DNA of 64,000 nucleotides from Arenicellales bacterium (GTDB taxonomy: Bacteria; Pseudomonadota; Gammaproteobacteria; Arenicellales; JAJDZL01): NCBI GenBank assembly GCA_965116205.1, contig OZ220493.1, positions 38,276 to 102,275 on the forward strand, given 5' to 3'. Positions 51,152-60,845 of this stretch are shown piece after piece (within the stretch, counting starts at the first letter, position 1; every line of letters begins with the position of its first letter). The translations under genes were made by a program, and so were the position numbers. A model generated the notes under the pieces. It was not told the origin of the DNA. It ran no database searches and saw nothing but the letters and a program-made list of their open reading frames with translations.

Positions 51152-51661
51152 CTACCCATTCGCCGATGGTGAAATATTGCAGGAGGAATGCCAATCCACT
51201 AGATGTTCGATCGTAACGTGCTGCCATTTCTTTTGTAAATACTCCGCCACCAACCGCCGGTGACAGTGCTCTGGCTCGTGTTCACTACACAGCAGACAGT
51301 CTCCATCCTTTATTTCTTTGACCAATGTCGATTCAATTTCACGACTCTCCATTAGGCGATTGAATGCTGTTTCATACACTTTCCAATCGCCCTTATGTTT
51401 TTTATAGGCATCCAAAATATCTTTGGTTGGTGCCAACTGCTGTGGCAGATGAATGTAGTGGTTAATACCCACTGTTTTTTCCAATAAATAACTCAGGTCG
51501 CGATCATCATCAGTCTTAGCTTTGGCAAATCCCGCTAACTGTGAGTTATTTTTCAACCGAACGTCGACGATTCGCTGCACGCCAGCAGATTTGAGAAGTT
51601 CAAAAAAGTGCTCAGCAGTTTTCTTCGTAAACCCAATCGTGAAAATTTTGAGCTCAGACAT
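51152..51661 (-). CDS. DUF488 family protein (TIGF subtype)
   Basis: IFTIGFTKK, DVRL.N.SQLAGFAK, LLCSEHEPEHCHR. Confidence 0.9.
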   Translation of the reverse strand: MSELKIFTIGFTKKTAEHFFELLKSAGVQRIVDVRLKNNSQLAGFAKAKTDDDRDLSYLLEKTVGINHYIHLPQQLAPTKDILDAYKKHKGDWKVYETAFNRLMESREIESTLVKEIKDGDCLLCSEHEPEHCHRRLVAEYLQKKWQHVTIEHLVDWHSSCNISPSANG

Positions 51662-52274
51662 TCTCGTGCCTCATTGCAGCGAAACGAGAGATCTTTGTGT
51701 AAGCAATTCTATCAGCCTGCCTCTCGTAAGCTTCTTCAATGCATTGCTGTTCATCACGGAGTAAATCAGGTTGAATCTTAAGTACTTTCATTAATCTTAT
51801 TTCAGCAGCCGCCTGGGATTCTAAATTGCCATCCGCGAGAATATGTGAAATTTCCAAGTCAGGATTTCTCAATTTCAACTGTTTACAGACCAAGATGGCG
51901 CGATGACAGGTGATAGGATCTTTCTCGGCACACATCAATGCGAGACGGTATTGTGACAAGTCTTGTTCTACACGTTCAAGACCGGCTTCGAACGTTGGCT
52001 CTTTTGCGAGAAGATCATATTGAACTTTTCCATTTTTATAGCATTTGGCATTTTCACTGCGAGCGCCGAGTTGGTTGCCCAAGAAAACATACGTAATGTC
52101 TTCCCTAGGCATTGTCTTTGATAGGTTCTCACGACTGAAATGCAGGTTGAAATCGCTATATGGGATGGAACGCACATCATAAATGGCTGTGGCCCGGTAC
52201 TTTTCGAGCAATCCGATAAATTTTTCGATAGTGTGATTCGAATGGCCTAGGGTAAACAATTGATAGCGCATCAA
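51654..52274 (-). CDS. DUF488 family protein (GHSN subtype)
   Basis: FTLGHSNH, DVRSIPYS, LMCAEKDPITCHR. Confidence 0.9.
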   Translation of the reverse strand: MMRYQLFTLGHSNHTIEKFIGLLEKYRATAIYDVRSIPYSDFNLHFSRENLSKTMPREDITYVFLGNQLGARSENAKCYKNGKVQYDLLAKEPTFEAGLERVEQDLSQYRLALMCAEKDPITCHRAILVCKQLKLRNPDLEISHILADGNLESQAAAEIRLMKVLKIQPDLLRDEQQCIEEAYERQADRIAYTKISRFAAMRHENV

Positions 52275-52280
52275 ATAATC

Positions 52281-52947
52281 TTATAGTGGAAAGAAACCGG
52301 CGACTAATTTGTAGCAATTATCCCATTTATCAGGTTCTCCCAGACTTACGCATAAATAACCATCCTCTGGTAATGCAGAAATACCTTGATCACCTTTCGT
52401 TTCAGCAATTCTTTCGATGTGAAAGTCGGTTACAGCCAGATTGTACTCAATCTCGTTCAAGGTGAATTCTGCTCGAACTTGCTTTTTCCTGGGTTTGGGA
52501 TTGACACTCCATTTCAAATTTTCAGGATGAATGAGCAACAGAGAGCTGTTGAGTTTTACTGCGTCCTGTAATCTGACTCTGTCATACAGCCCAATAATGC
52601 TATCTTTCCAAAGAGGCCCATTAACCTGATCAAGCAAACAGCTCAAGTGGTCTTTCGTAACTTTTCCTTTTTTTACCCAACGTTTTTGGTGATCAATGAG
52701 ATAATTTTCGGTTTGATGGTGATGTGGCCGATGTTCAAGAAAAGGAATTGATATGAGGTCCAATAGTTCTGGATAAGTATCATCCTCATATACTCGCTCT
52801 TTTTTTAATTCTCCCGTTGGTCGATTGGAAATCGGCCTTATCCATTCACCCCCCCCCTCGTGAATTGTTCCACTCTTTTCCAGCAATGCAACACCCACCC
52901 AATTTTCTAGAGTTGGCTAAGCAAACTATCGTCTTCCAGTAACTCAT
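52281..52947 (-). pseudogene. Dual OB-fold domain protein, frameshifted at a G9 homopolymer
   Basis: ATG at 52947 after GAGGT gives MSYWKTIVCLANSRKLGGCCIAGKEWNNSRGGG*. Removing one G joins it in frame to GEWIRPISNR...HQTENYL...SLLLI...YNLAVTD...VSLGEP...CYKLVAG (221 aa). Confidence 0.85.
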
Positions 52948-53053
52948 ATTATGTCTACCTCATCAAATTGTCTAATTGTTCCAAATTAATCTTCCAAAAC
53001 ACTCATTTTATATAGAAAGTTCCTGTGAATTCAAAAATAGAGTGATCATCGGG

Positions 53054-55327
53054 TTAGAATTGCCAATGAAAATTAACCCCGCCCATCACTTCATCCGCAT
53101 CTGAACTACTGACGCCATCCGCGTAACCCAAATAGGCGCCCAACGTATTTTGCTTGTCTGGACCGAATTTCCAATCCATGCCAACCTGTGCTTTCAACAT
53201 GCTGGAGGCTTTGCTGTCGGCGATGTCAAATACCGTTTCGTCGTCGTTGGTATCGGTAAATCGATAACTGCCGCCATTGCTAAAACTGTGCCGCTCAAAA
53301 TCAAGTGACAAATAGCCTTTCATATCATTGTCCGCATCCGCTTTCAGCGTGGTCGACGCAACCATACCTAAACCCAATGAAGTTTCGGAGGCATCAGGCA
53401 TGTCAATTTCATGACTGTCCGAGAATGACTTAGGCCGCACGTTGACATACTGGTAAGTCAATCTCGGTGTGAGTTCCCAACGCTCGTTCCACGCCATTCG
53501 ATACCCACCTTCAAATCCAAAGTACAACTGTGTTGCCTTAATGTCCTTGGCTACACCGGCACTGCCAAACTTGTGGAAATCTGACTTGAATTTGGTCCAT
53601 CCTAGTTGTCCGTTCAGGTATGGACCTGAGCCCCTGTATTCAACAGTCAATGCTAAACCGGTGCCCTTACCTTTCAGCTTTTCACCTGCTGGCAACTTGG
53701 TAGACATGGGTAGATATTGAATGGCGCCGCCAACCCATAAACTGGTGCCGGATACCATCGCATATCCCGCACTCAAACCAGTGCTGCTATAGTCGTATGC
53801 CATGCCGGCCGCCATCGCCGAACCGGAGCGAGTATCCAAATCAATCCATGGCCCGGCGCCATACCGCGAGAGAGTCGGTAGCCGAGGGGTCGCTTTGAGT
53901 AAAGTTGATGGCATTGCCAAATAACCAGACGCGGCAACGCCATTGACCGACACCGCACCCATGTCACCATGTACTCGCGCACCCGATTCAATCTCTACGC
54001 GCCCCTTGCCAATGATTCTAATGCCGAATCCCTGCGCATTGATCTGGGTGCCGCTGGCCACGTGAACATCTGTTGTCCCGGTGCCTTGGTTACGCACGTG
54101 CACTCCATCACCCGTCGAAACAATTGAACCACCCGTAATGTCAATATCGATTGGAATGGCACCCGATTTATGTGAGGCGTAGGCATAGATGCCGTGACTG
54201 TTAACCTTCGTTTCCGCATCGGGGTCAGCGACCCCGCGAAAGTTCGTATACTCATATTCTTTGTCATTCGAGTCTCTTCGAAGGTAACCAGTCGTTTTAA
54301 TATTTCCTCCGGATATGATGGTTATTTGCCCATCTGATGACTGACCAAAATGTTGTGCGTAAATTCCTATCCCGAATGAGGTGATCTCAGCATCCGACTT
54401 AATGTAAATTTTATCCTTGCTGTTGGCACTTTCATTCTTTGCAGAGGCAGTGATACCATCTTCTGTATTGCTGTGAATCTTTACACCTTTATCAACAACA
54501 ATCTTGATGGTGCCAGACCCATCACCGGCACCGGCTTTCGGTCCATTCGTATTTGCATTGATTCCGTCGTCATCCGTACGTATCGTGCCTCCGGTCACAT
54601 GAATGTCTATGGTTATGTCCTGCCTAGCATTGGCACCATGCGCAAGAATACCGTGTCTAGCCGTTTTATCGTCATTTTCAACGGTTATATCGCCACTTGA
54701 TCGAATGACGATACGATTCTTGCTATCTTGTGGCGCATTGGCGGTAGTTCCGGTGTACCATGCATAGATACCAGCTTCATTAGTGCCGACTATTTTTCCA
54801 CTATGGGTTATATGAATTTCTCCATAGCCACGATTTCTGGCGAAAATTCCAGAGCCATCACCGCCATTTAAAGTTCCGGCATTGGTAACTTTAACATCCC
54901 GCCAAGAAGTAGCTTGAATTGCAATGCGGTCGGAAGTAATTTTCCCATTGTTGGTTATCGTAACCGTGCCATCCCGTTTGGACACCGCTGTTACCGATAT
55001 GCCGGAACTTTGGGTGCCAGAAGTTGCCGTCTTCGTCGTATCAATGATGACTCCTGCAGGAACGGTCAGTTTGATGTTGAAACCATCAGAGACTCCTGCG
55101 ATTTTTTGATTCTTATAGGAAATGCCAGTCGGATATTCGTCGTTATCTGCCGCACAGTTAACGATCAGTTCACCATTGGTAAATGCACTAGCATTCGGTT
55201 TTCCTCCAGTGATGGAACCTGAGGCGGTGCATGCGTTTTCTGCCGCTTCCACTCCATTAGAGAGTAGGCAAGCGAAGATTATTCCAGTCATTGCCGTGGC
55301 AGTGAAGAACCGTAATGTCCTAGTCAT
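53054..55327 (-). CDS. Autotransporter-like outer membrane protein
   Basis: Signal peptide ending VEA, Gly/Thr/Asn-rich passenger with recurring GI.A units, aromatic amphipathic strands (LTPRLTYQYV), C-terminal VNFHWQF. Confidence 0.82.
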   Translation of the reverse strand: MTRTLRFFTATAMTGIIFACLLSNGVEAAENACTASGSITGGKPNASAFTNGELIVNCAADNDEYPTGISYKNQKIAGVSDGFNIKLTVPAGVIIDTTKTATSGTQSSGISVTAVSKRDGTVTITNNGKITSDRIAIQATSWRDVKVTNAGTLNGGDGSGIFARNRGYGEIHITHSGKIVGTNEAGIYAWYTGTTANAPQDSKNRIVIRSSGDITVENDDKTARHGILAHGANARQDITIDIHVTGGTIRTDDDGINANTNGPKAGAGDGSGTIKIVVDKGVKIHSNTEDGITASAKNESANSKDKIYIKSDAEITSFGIGIYAQHFGQSSDGQITIISGGNIKTTGYLRRDSNDKEYEYTNFRGVADPDAETKVNSHGIYAYASHKSGAIPIDIDITGGSIVSTGDGVHVRNQGTGTTDVHVASGTQINAQGFGIRIIGKGRVEIESGARVHGDMGAVSVNGVAASGYLAMPSTLLKATPRLPTLSRYGAGPWIDLDTRSGSAMAAGMAYDYSSTGLSAGYAMVSGTSLWVGGAIQYLPMSTKLPAGEKLKGKGTGLALTVEYRGSGPYLNGQLGWTKFKSDFHKFGSAGVAKDIKATQLYFGFEGGYRMAWNERWELTPRLTYQYVNVRPKSFSDSHEIDMPDASETSLGLGMVASTTLKADADNDMKGYLSLDFERHSFSNGGSYRFTDTNDDETVFDIADSKASSMLKAQVGMDWKFGPDKQNTLGAYLGYADGVSSSDADEVMGGVNFHWQF

Positions 55328-55719
55328 AGTTTCTCAACCTCTTGTTGCTCATGATGGAATATTCACCATGTGAATTATAACGTTTTATTGAGGGAAATGC
55401 TTCACAATTACTTGGCTCTTTTCTAAAACTGTATGCGCAAGGGCTATCAATGGCTGTATAATTTTGAAATAAAATGATATTTATTTCTCCGTAAGTGTCT
55501 GATTTTGTGTTTACGCGCACGGTTTTAGAATAGAGCCATTACTTTGACTGACTGATCTCCTCAATCGACTGAGGTAGGCCCATAGCAGCGATTCCAATTG
55601 GTATAATATCCAAGACGTCGGTCGTTCGTACCTCACCACCGGATGCAGGTCGAAGAATCGTTCGGTCACCAAATTTCAATTTTTTAGCTGTTTTATTCCC
55701 AGATTCCAAGAAGACTCCT

Positions 55720-56670
55720 ATGAATACACTCATGGAAGGTATCATCCCTCCTGTCATCACTCCTTATCAGCAGGACTTAACCATTGATTTCGATGCTTTC
55801 GCACTCTTGGTCGAGCATCTCGTCGCGACCGGTGTCAACGCGGTCATCGTCGGCGGAACAACGGGTGAATACTACCTGCAAAGCGGTGAGGAACGTATAC
55901 AGTTGATGCAAAAGGCGAAAGATGTACTCAATAACCGGTTACCTTTAATCGCCGGAGTTGGCGGCATAAGAACGGAGGATTCCATAGCCATGGGACTGAC
56001 TGCCAAGTCAATTGGCTGCGATGGCATGTTGATTTCGTCGCCCTACTATGCTTTACCCACTCAGCTAGAACTAGCTGAACATGCGCGCGCGATTGACACC
56101 GCAGTTGGTCTGCCGATTATGCTCTACAACTACCCCGGTCGCACTGGTACCAGAATGCATGCAGAGTTTTTTGACCAAGTTGTGAAAAGTCCCAATTTCC
56201 AAGCCATTAAAGAGTCCAGCGGTGACATTAATGCACTACATCAACTGGTGTTGCATTACCCACAACTCAATCTGCTTTGTGGAGCGGACGACCAAGCACT
56301 TGAGTTTTTCGCCTGGGGGGCTAAAGGTTGGGTGTGCGGTGCTGGAACCGCATTACCTGAAGAACACATTGCACTATTTCAGACTTGTATTTCTGAGAAT
56401 GATTTGGCGACCGGCAGAGCCATTATGAAGGCGTTGCTGCCATTTCTACAATACTTGGAAAATGGTGGGAAATTCACCCAAAGCGTCAAGTTTGCCTGCG
56501 AACTCGCCGGGCTGCCGACGGGCGGGGTACGTGCACCGTTGCAACCGCTGTCTGAATTTGAGAAAGAAGAACTCACATCAATCGTAGACCAGTTAAAATT
56601 GACCGTGTCTAAATTGATGCGTGAACGAGGTGAACACAGTCAACCGACACAACACCAACTTGCGATGTAA
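55720..56670 (+). CDS. Dihydrodipicolinate synthase family aldolase (probably not the housekeeping DapA)
   Basis: GTTGE, PYY, LYNYPGRTG, Schiff-base Lys in IKESSGD. Confidence 0.9.
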   Translation: MNTLMEGIIPPVITPYQQDLTIDFDAFALLVEHLVATGVNAVIVGGTTGEYYLQSGEERIQLMQKAKDVLNNRLPLIAGVGGIRTEDSIAMGLTAKSIGCDGMLISSPYYALPTQLELAEHARAIDTAVGLPIMLYNYPGRTGTRMHAEFFDQVVKSPNFQAIKESSGDINALHQLVLHYPQLNLLCGADDQALEFFAWGAKGWVCGAGTALPEEHIALFQTCISENDLATGRAIMKALLPFLQYLENGGKFTQSVKFACELAGLPTGGVRAPLQPLSEFEKEELTSIVDQLKLTVSKLMRERGEHSQPTQHQLAM

Positions 56671-56784
56671 ATGCCATTGAGGGTGGCCAAGTATCACGAT
56701 GCCCAACCCCACGACAAACCGTCGGAGCGGATATCAGGTATTTTGATGTGTTTTAATCTCTAAGCGACATGGAATAAGCATTAT

Positions 56785-56897
56785 GGCGGGGACGATTCGC
56801 AATTGCAGTGACGATAAGTTGTGAACCCGGTCAGGTCTGGAAGGAAGCAGCCGTAGCAACCGATGCGGGTATTGCTTTTCAGCGAATCTGAACCGCC
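56785..56897 (+). ncRNA. ffs: Signal recognition particle 4.5S RNA
   Basis: SRP motif TCAGGTCTGGAAGGAAGCAGC, terminal pairing GGCGG..GATTCGC/GCGAATC..CCGCC, directly upstream of dnaX. Confidence 0.93.
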
Positions 56898-56932
56898 GCC
56901 CGGTAACACTTTAGATTCAAATTCTTCGTTCA

Positions 56933-58546
56933 GTGAGTTATCTCGTACTCGCCCGAAAATGGCGCCCCAAACACTTCGGTGATGTCGTCGGACAGGACCA
57001 CGTGGTACGCACACTTTCGCATTCTTTGGATAATGAGCGGCTCCATCATGCCTATCTTTTTACCGGTACGCGGGGAGTTGGGAAAACAACCATCGCGCGA
57101 ATTCTGGCGAAAGCGCTGAATTGCGAACAGGGTGTCAGTTCCAAGCCATGCGGCCAGTGTAATACCTGCATGGAAGTTGACCAAGGCAGCTTCATTGATC
57201 TCATCGAAGTGGATGCCGCCTCAAAAACGAAAGTCGAAGATACCCGCGCACTGTTGGACAACGTCCCCTACTTACCCACCGCCGGTCGCTATAAGATCTA
57301 TCTGTTTGACGAAATTCATATGCTGTCGGGACATAGTTTCAACGCGTTTTTGAAAACTCTGGAGGAACCTCCCGCACACGTCAAATTTCTGATGGCAACG
57401 ACGGACCCCCAGAAACTACCCATTACCGTACTGTCACGTTGCATTCAGTTCAATCTGCGGGCTATGGACAGTGAAGAAATCGCCGCCCAACTGGAAAAAG
57501 TTCTGCCACATGAGGAGGTGGAGTTTGAACCGGCTGCAGTACACGCTATAGCACGACTGGCACAAGGTAGCATGCGGGATGCCTTGAGTATTGTTGATCA
57601 GGCCATCGCCTACACCCAAAGCAAGCTGACCGAAATGAAAGTTCGAGAAATGCTCGGCATGCTGTCTCAAGATTTTGTCACGGCCATCCTGTTCGCCATC
57701 GCCCAACGCGACGCCGAACAACTGCTCAACATTGTAGAGAAAATGTTTGAACGCGCAATCAACATCAACGGTGCGCTGGATGACCTGCTACTAAAACTAC
57801 ACGACCTCGGACTCTATAAGGTAGCACCAAAGATCGTTGAAACTCAAGCCGACAACATTGAACAGCTAAAGGAATTGGATGCCGTCCTGTCAGCCGAAGA
57901 AATTCAACTGTTTTACCAGATCGGCCTGATCGGTAAACGCGATTTGGAAAACGCGCCCACGCCGCGGGTCGGTCTGCAGATGATCCTCCTACGAATGATT
58001 GCGTTTCACCCGGCATCGCAAGCCGAAATCGCCGTACGCGAGCAAGCTACCACTCAGCCGCGCAGTGTAGCACCAGAGAACGCGCCAACAGCAACAGTAA
58101 CCACCACCCAACCTCCAGCTGCGGCGGCGCAGACCGGCGACATTCAGACCTCAGCCGACTGGCTACACTTTGTCCGCACTTCGAACCAATTGAAGGGTAT
58201 GGCCAAACAATTTGCCCAACAGGTATCTTTTGGCGCAAGAAAAGGCAATACAATAACGCTGATTCTATCTGAACAGGCCTCACCTTCCATCGCCCGAGAC
58301 CAAAATTCGACCGTAGTGCAGAAAATTCTGACAGAATATGTTGGACAACCCATCACCTTGAACATTCAACGAGGGACATCCGACAATGTTTCGTTCGAAA
58401 AACACAGTGCCCGCGAAAGAGAGGGCGCAGTGCAACGGGAAATGGCACAAATTGAACAGGAAGAAATTCCTAAAATGCTTCGGCAGGAATTTGATGCCGC
58501 GCCAGATATCAAGACCTTGCGGCTACCCACTGAACAAACCGATTAA
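56933..58546 (+). CDS. dnaX: DNA polymerase III subunit gamma/tau
   Basis: LARKWRP, GTRGVGKT, zinc Cys cluster, LKTLEEPP, SRC motif. Confidence 0.98.
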   Translation: MSYLVLARKWRPKHFGDVVGQDHVVRTLSHSLDNERLHHAYLFTGTRGVGKTTIARILAKALNCEQGVSSKPCGQCNTCMEVDQGSFIDLIEVDAASKTKVEDTRALLDNVPYLPTAGRYKIYLFDEIHMLSGHSFNAFLKTLEEPPAHVKFLMATTDPQKLPITVLSRCIQFNLRAMDSEEIAAQLEKVLPHEEVEFEPAAVHAIARLAQGSMRDALSIVDQAIAYTQSKLTEMKVREMLGMLSQDFVTAILFAIAQRDAEQLLNIVEKMFERAININGALDDLLLKLHDLGLYKVAPKIVETQADNIEQLKELDAVLSAEEIQLFYQIGLIGKRDLENAPTPRVGLQMILLRMIAFHPASQAEIAVREQATTQPRSVAPENAPTATVTTTQPPAAAAQTGDIQTSADWLHFVRTSNQLKGMAKQFAQQVSFGARKGNTITLILSEQASPSIARDQNSTVVQKILTEYVGQPITLNIQRGTSDNVSFEKHSAREREGAVQREMAQIEQEEIPKMLRQEFDAAPDIKTLRLPTEQTD

Positions 58547-58567
58547 CCTTAATGACGAGCAATAACT

Positions 58568-58879
58568 ATGCATGATGAACTAAAAAACTTTCTCAAACAG
58601 GCAACAAAAATTCAAAGCCGCATGAAAGACACGCACTCGGCGCTAGAACGCAAAGAAGTGGTCGGTGTCGCCGGCGGCAGTATGGTGGAGGTCGTGATGA
58701 ATGGCCGCCATGACGTTTCACGAGTCAAGATCAGTGAACATCTGATGGATGATCGAGAAATACTTGAAGAGATGATTGCCGGTGCCATCAATGACGCCGT
58801 CCGCAAAGTCGACCAAGTCAATCAGGAAGCGATGCAGGATCTAGCTGGAGGTTTACCGAATTTGGATTTTCTCAGGTAG
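58568..58879 (+). CDS. ybaB: YbaB/EbfC nucleoid-associated protein
   Basis: GVAGGSMVEV, LEEMIAGAINDA; lies between dnaX and recR. Confidence 0.93.
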   Translation: MHDELKNFLKQATKIQSRMKDTHSALERKEVVGVAGGSMVEVVMNGRHDVSRVKISEHLMDDREILEEMIAGAINDAVRKVDQVNQEAMQDLAGGLPNLDFLR

Positions 58880-58908
58880 TATGAGTCGACCGCTCGGTTC
58901 AAAATTTT

Positions 58909-59505
58909 ATGGCAATTACCAAGGCCGTTGAAGATCTGACGCGAGCTTTTCGGCGATTGTCGGGAGTCGGTCCGAAAACTGCGGAACGATATACGTTTCA
59001 GTTGCTCGCCCGCGACCGTCAGGCCGCTGCGGAAATTGCCACCGCACTGATGTTTGCAACGGAAAATGTTACTCACTGTAGCCGCTGCAACAATTTCAGT
59101 GAAACAGCAACCTGCAGTCTATGTGACTCACCATCTAGAGACGATTCACAACTGTGCATCGTGGAAACTCCCGCTGATCTCAACTCATTTGAAGACACCG
59201 GTATCTATCAAGGACTCTACTTCGTCCTGATGGGCAGAATATCGCCACTCGATGGTATCGGTCCAGAAGATTTAAGCATTGATGAACTACTCAATAACCT
59301 TGATCACCACCCCATCAAAGAAATCATCATTGCCACCAACAGTACGATTGAAGGTGACACCACAGCCGAGTTCTTATCCAATCTGCTGGCTAAACATGGT
59401 CATCGAACAACCCGTCTGGCACGCGGATTGCCACTCGGTGGTGAACTTGAATATATGGACAAGGGCACATTAATCGAAGCGTATCAACGACGCATACCTG
59501 CTTAA
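58909..59505 (+). CDS. recR: Recombination mediator RecR
   Basis: GVGPKTAER HhH, C4 zinc finger, ISPLDGIGP, EGDTTA Toprim. Confidence 0.97.
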   Translation: MAITKAVEDLTRAFRRLSGVGPKTAERYTFQLLARDRQAAAEIATALMFATENVTHCSRCNNFSETATCSLCDSPSRDDSQLCIVETPADLNSFEDTGIYQGLYFVLMGRISPLDGIGPEDLSIDELLNNLDHHPIKEIIIATNSTIEGDTTAEFLSNLLAKHGHRTTRLARGLPLGGELEYMDKGTLIEAYQRRIPA

Positions 59506-59552
59506 ATGCTAAATCTGAAGTCACCTTCAACTAAATTATCGGCGAAGCCATC

Positions 59553-60563
59553 TTGAAACGGCAAACCTTTCCAACTCCGAGTCGTGCAGATGATCTGCTG
59601 GGGGACATTCGCGCGGTGATTCAGGAGGACCTAGATGCGGCAAAAAAATTCAGTATGGGCGCGCTGGATTCGGACATTCCATTGATTCAAGAAATCGGCC
59701 GACATTTTCACCAGTATGGTGGGAAAAAACTGCGTCCAACCATCGTGATTCTCAGTGCTCGAGCACTCGGGGTTGTCAGTGGTAACAGCCATATCGTTCT
59801 GGCTACCATACTGGAAACCATTCACGTTGCGACGCTGCTCCATGATGATGTAGTCGATGATTCCACCATGCGCCGCGGGCTCGCGAGTGCCAATTCGATC
59901 TGGGGTAATTCGGCCAGCGTACTGGTCGGTGACTTTCTGTATTCCCGATCTTTCGAACTGCTCGTTGAGTTGCAACGAATGGAGGTGCTACAAGTTATGG
60001 CGCGCGCAGTCCGGCGCGTATCTGAGGGAGAAATTCTACAGCTGGTACAACTTGATAATGCAGAGACAACGGAAGCGGAGTATTTTCACACCATCGAAAG
60101 AAAAACTGCCGAACTCTTTTCGGCTGGTGCGCAATTGGGGGCGATTCTTGCCCGACAGTCAACTGACACCCAACAGCGTATGGCAGAATTTGGGACCAAT
60201 TTGGGCATTGCCTTTCAACTGATTGACGATTACTTGGACTATGCTGGTGATGCCGGCCGAATCGGAAAAGCCATTGGCGATGATCTGACCGAAGGAAAAT
60301 TGACCCTGCCGTTGATATATGCTCGACAACATGTCAGTTCGGCGCAGCGTACCGCCATTAATCAGGCTATCCTTGCGCCGGCAAATATTGATGTTCAGCA
60401 GGTTTATGAAATCGTTGCCAATTCCGGCGCGCTTGAATATACTGTTAGCATGGCTCGCCGCTATGGTAGCCGCGCCGCTCAACGTTTAAAATTTCTTCCA
60501 GACACGCCCTACCGAGATGCATTATTTCAGTTGGTGGAATTTGTCTGTAGCCGCGACTACTGA
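59553..60563 (+). CDS. ispB: Polyprenyl (octaprenyl) diphosphate synthase
   Basis: GGKKLRP, LLHDDVVD..RRG, FQLIDD, GDDLTEGK. Confidence 0.92.
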   Translation: MKRQTFPTPSRADDLLGDIRAVIQEDLDAAKKFSMGALDSDIPLIQEIGRHFHQYGGKKLRPTIVILSARALGVVSGNSHIVLATILETIHVATLLHDDVVDDSTMRRGLASANSIWGNSASVLVGDFLYSRSFELLVELQRMEVLQVMARAVRRVSEGEILQLVQLDNAETTEAEYFHTIERKTAELFSAGAQLGAILARQSTDTQQRMAEFGTNLGIAFQLIDDYLDYAGDAGRIGKAIGDDLTEGKLTLPLIYARQHVSSAQRTAINQAILAPANIDVQQVYEIVANSGALEYTVSMARRYGSRAAQRLKFLPDTPYRDALFQLVEFVCSRDY

Positions 60564-60576
60564 TCCAATAACAAAT

Positions 60577-60653
60577 CGGGGTGTAGCTCAGCCTGGCAGA
60601 GCACTGCCTTCGGGAGGCAGGGGCCGGTGGTTCGAATCCACTCACCCCGACCA
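60577..60653 (+). tRNA. tRNA-Pro(CGG)
   Basis: CGGGGTG acceptor stem, anticodon arm CTGCC-TTCGGGA-GGCAG, GTTCGAATC T-loop, encoded CCA. Confidence 0.97.
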
Positions 60654-60845
60654 CTTGGTGATTCACATCGCTGACTGCTGGCTGCGGTGACAACTCATTG
60701 CTCATGTTATCATCAATATCTTCTCATCCACTCCTAGCCGACTTCTCTATGTCACCATCACACGGTAGTAAAATTAAACTGTCGGTTCGCACATCATCTG
60801 GTCGAGCAAGTTATACCGTTTTCCCGCCATTGAATACGACTGAGC

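Noticed and set aside
56933-58546. Programmed -1 frameshift in dnaX
   Set aside because: No A AAA AAG slippery site or long A run was seen.
60577-60845. Integrative element at tRNA-Pro
   Set aside because: No integrase and no duplicated tRNA 3' end was found in the window.
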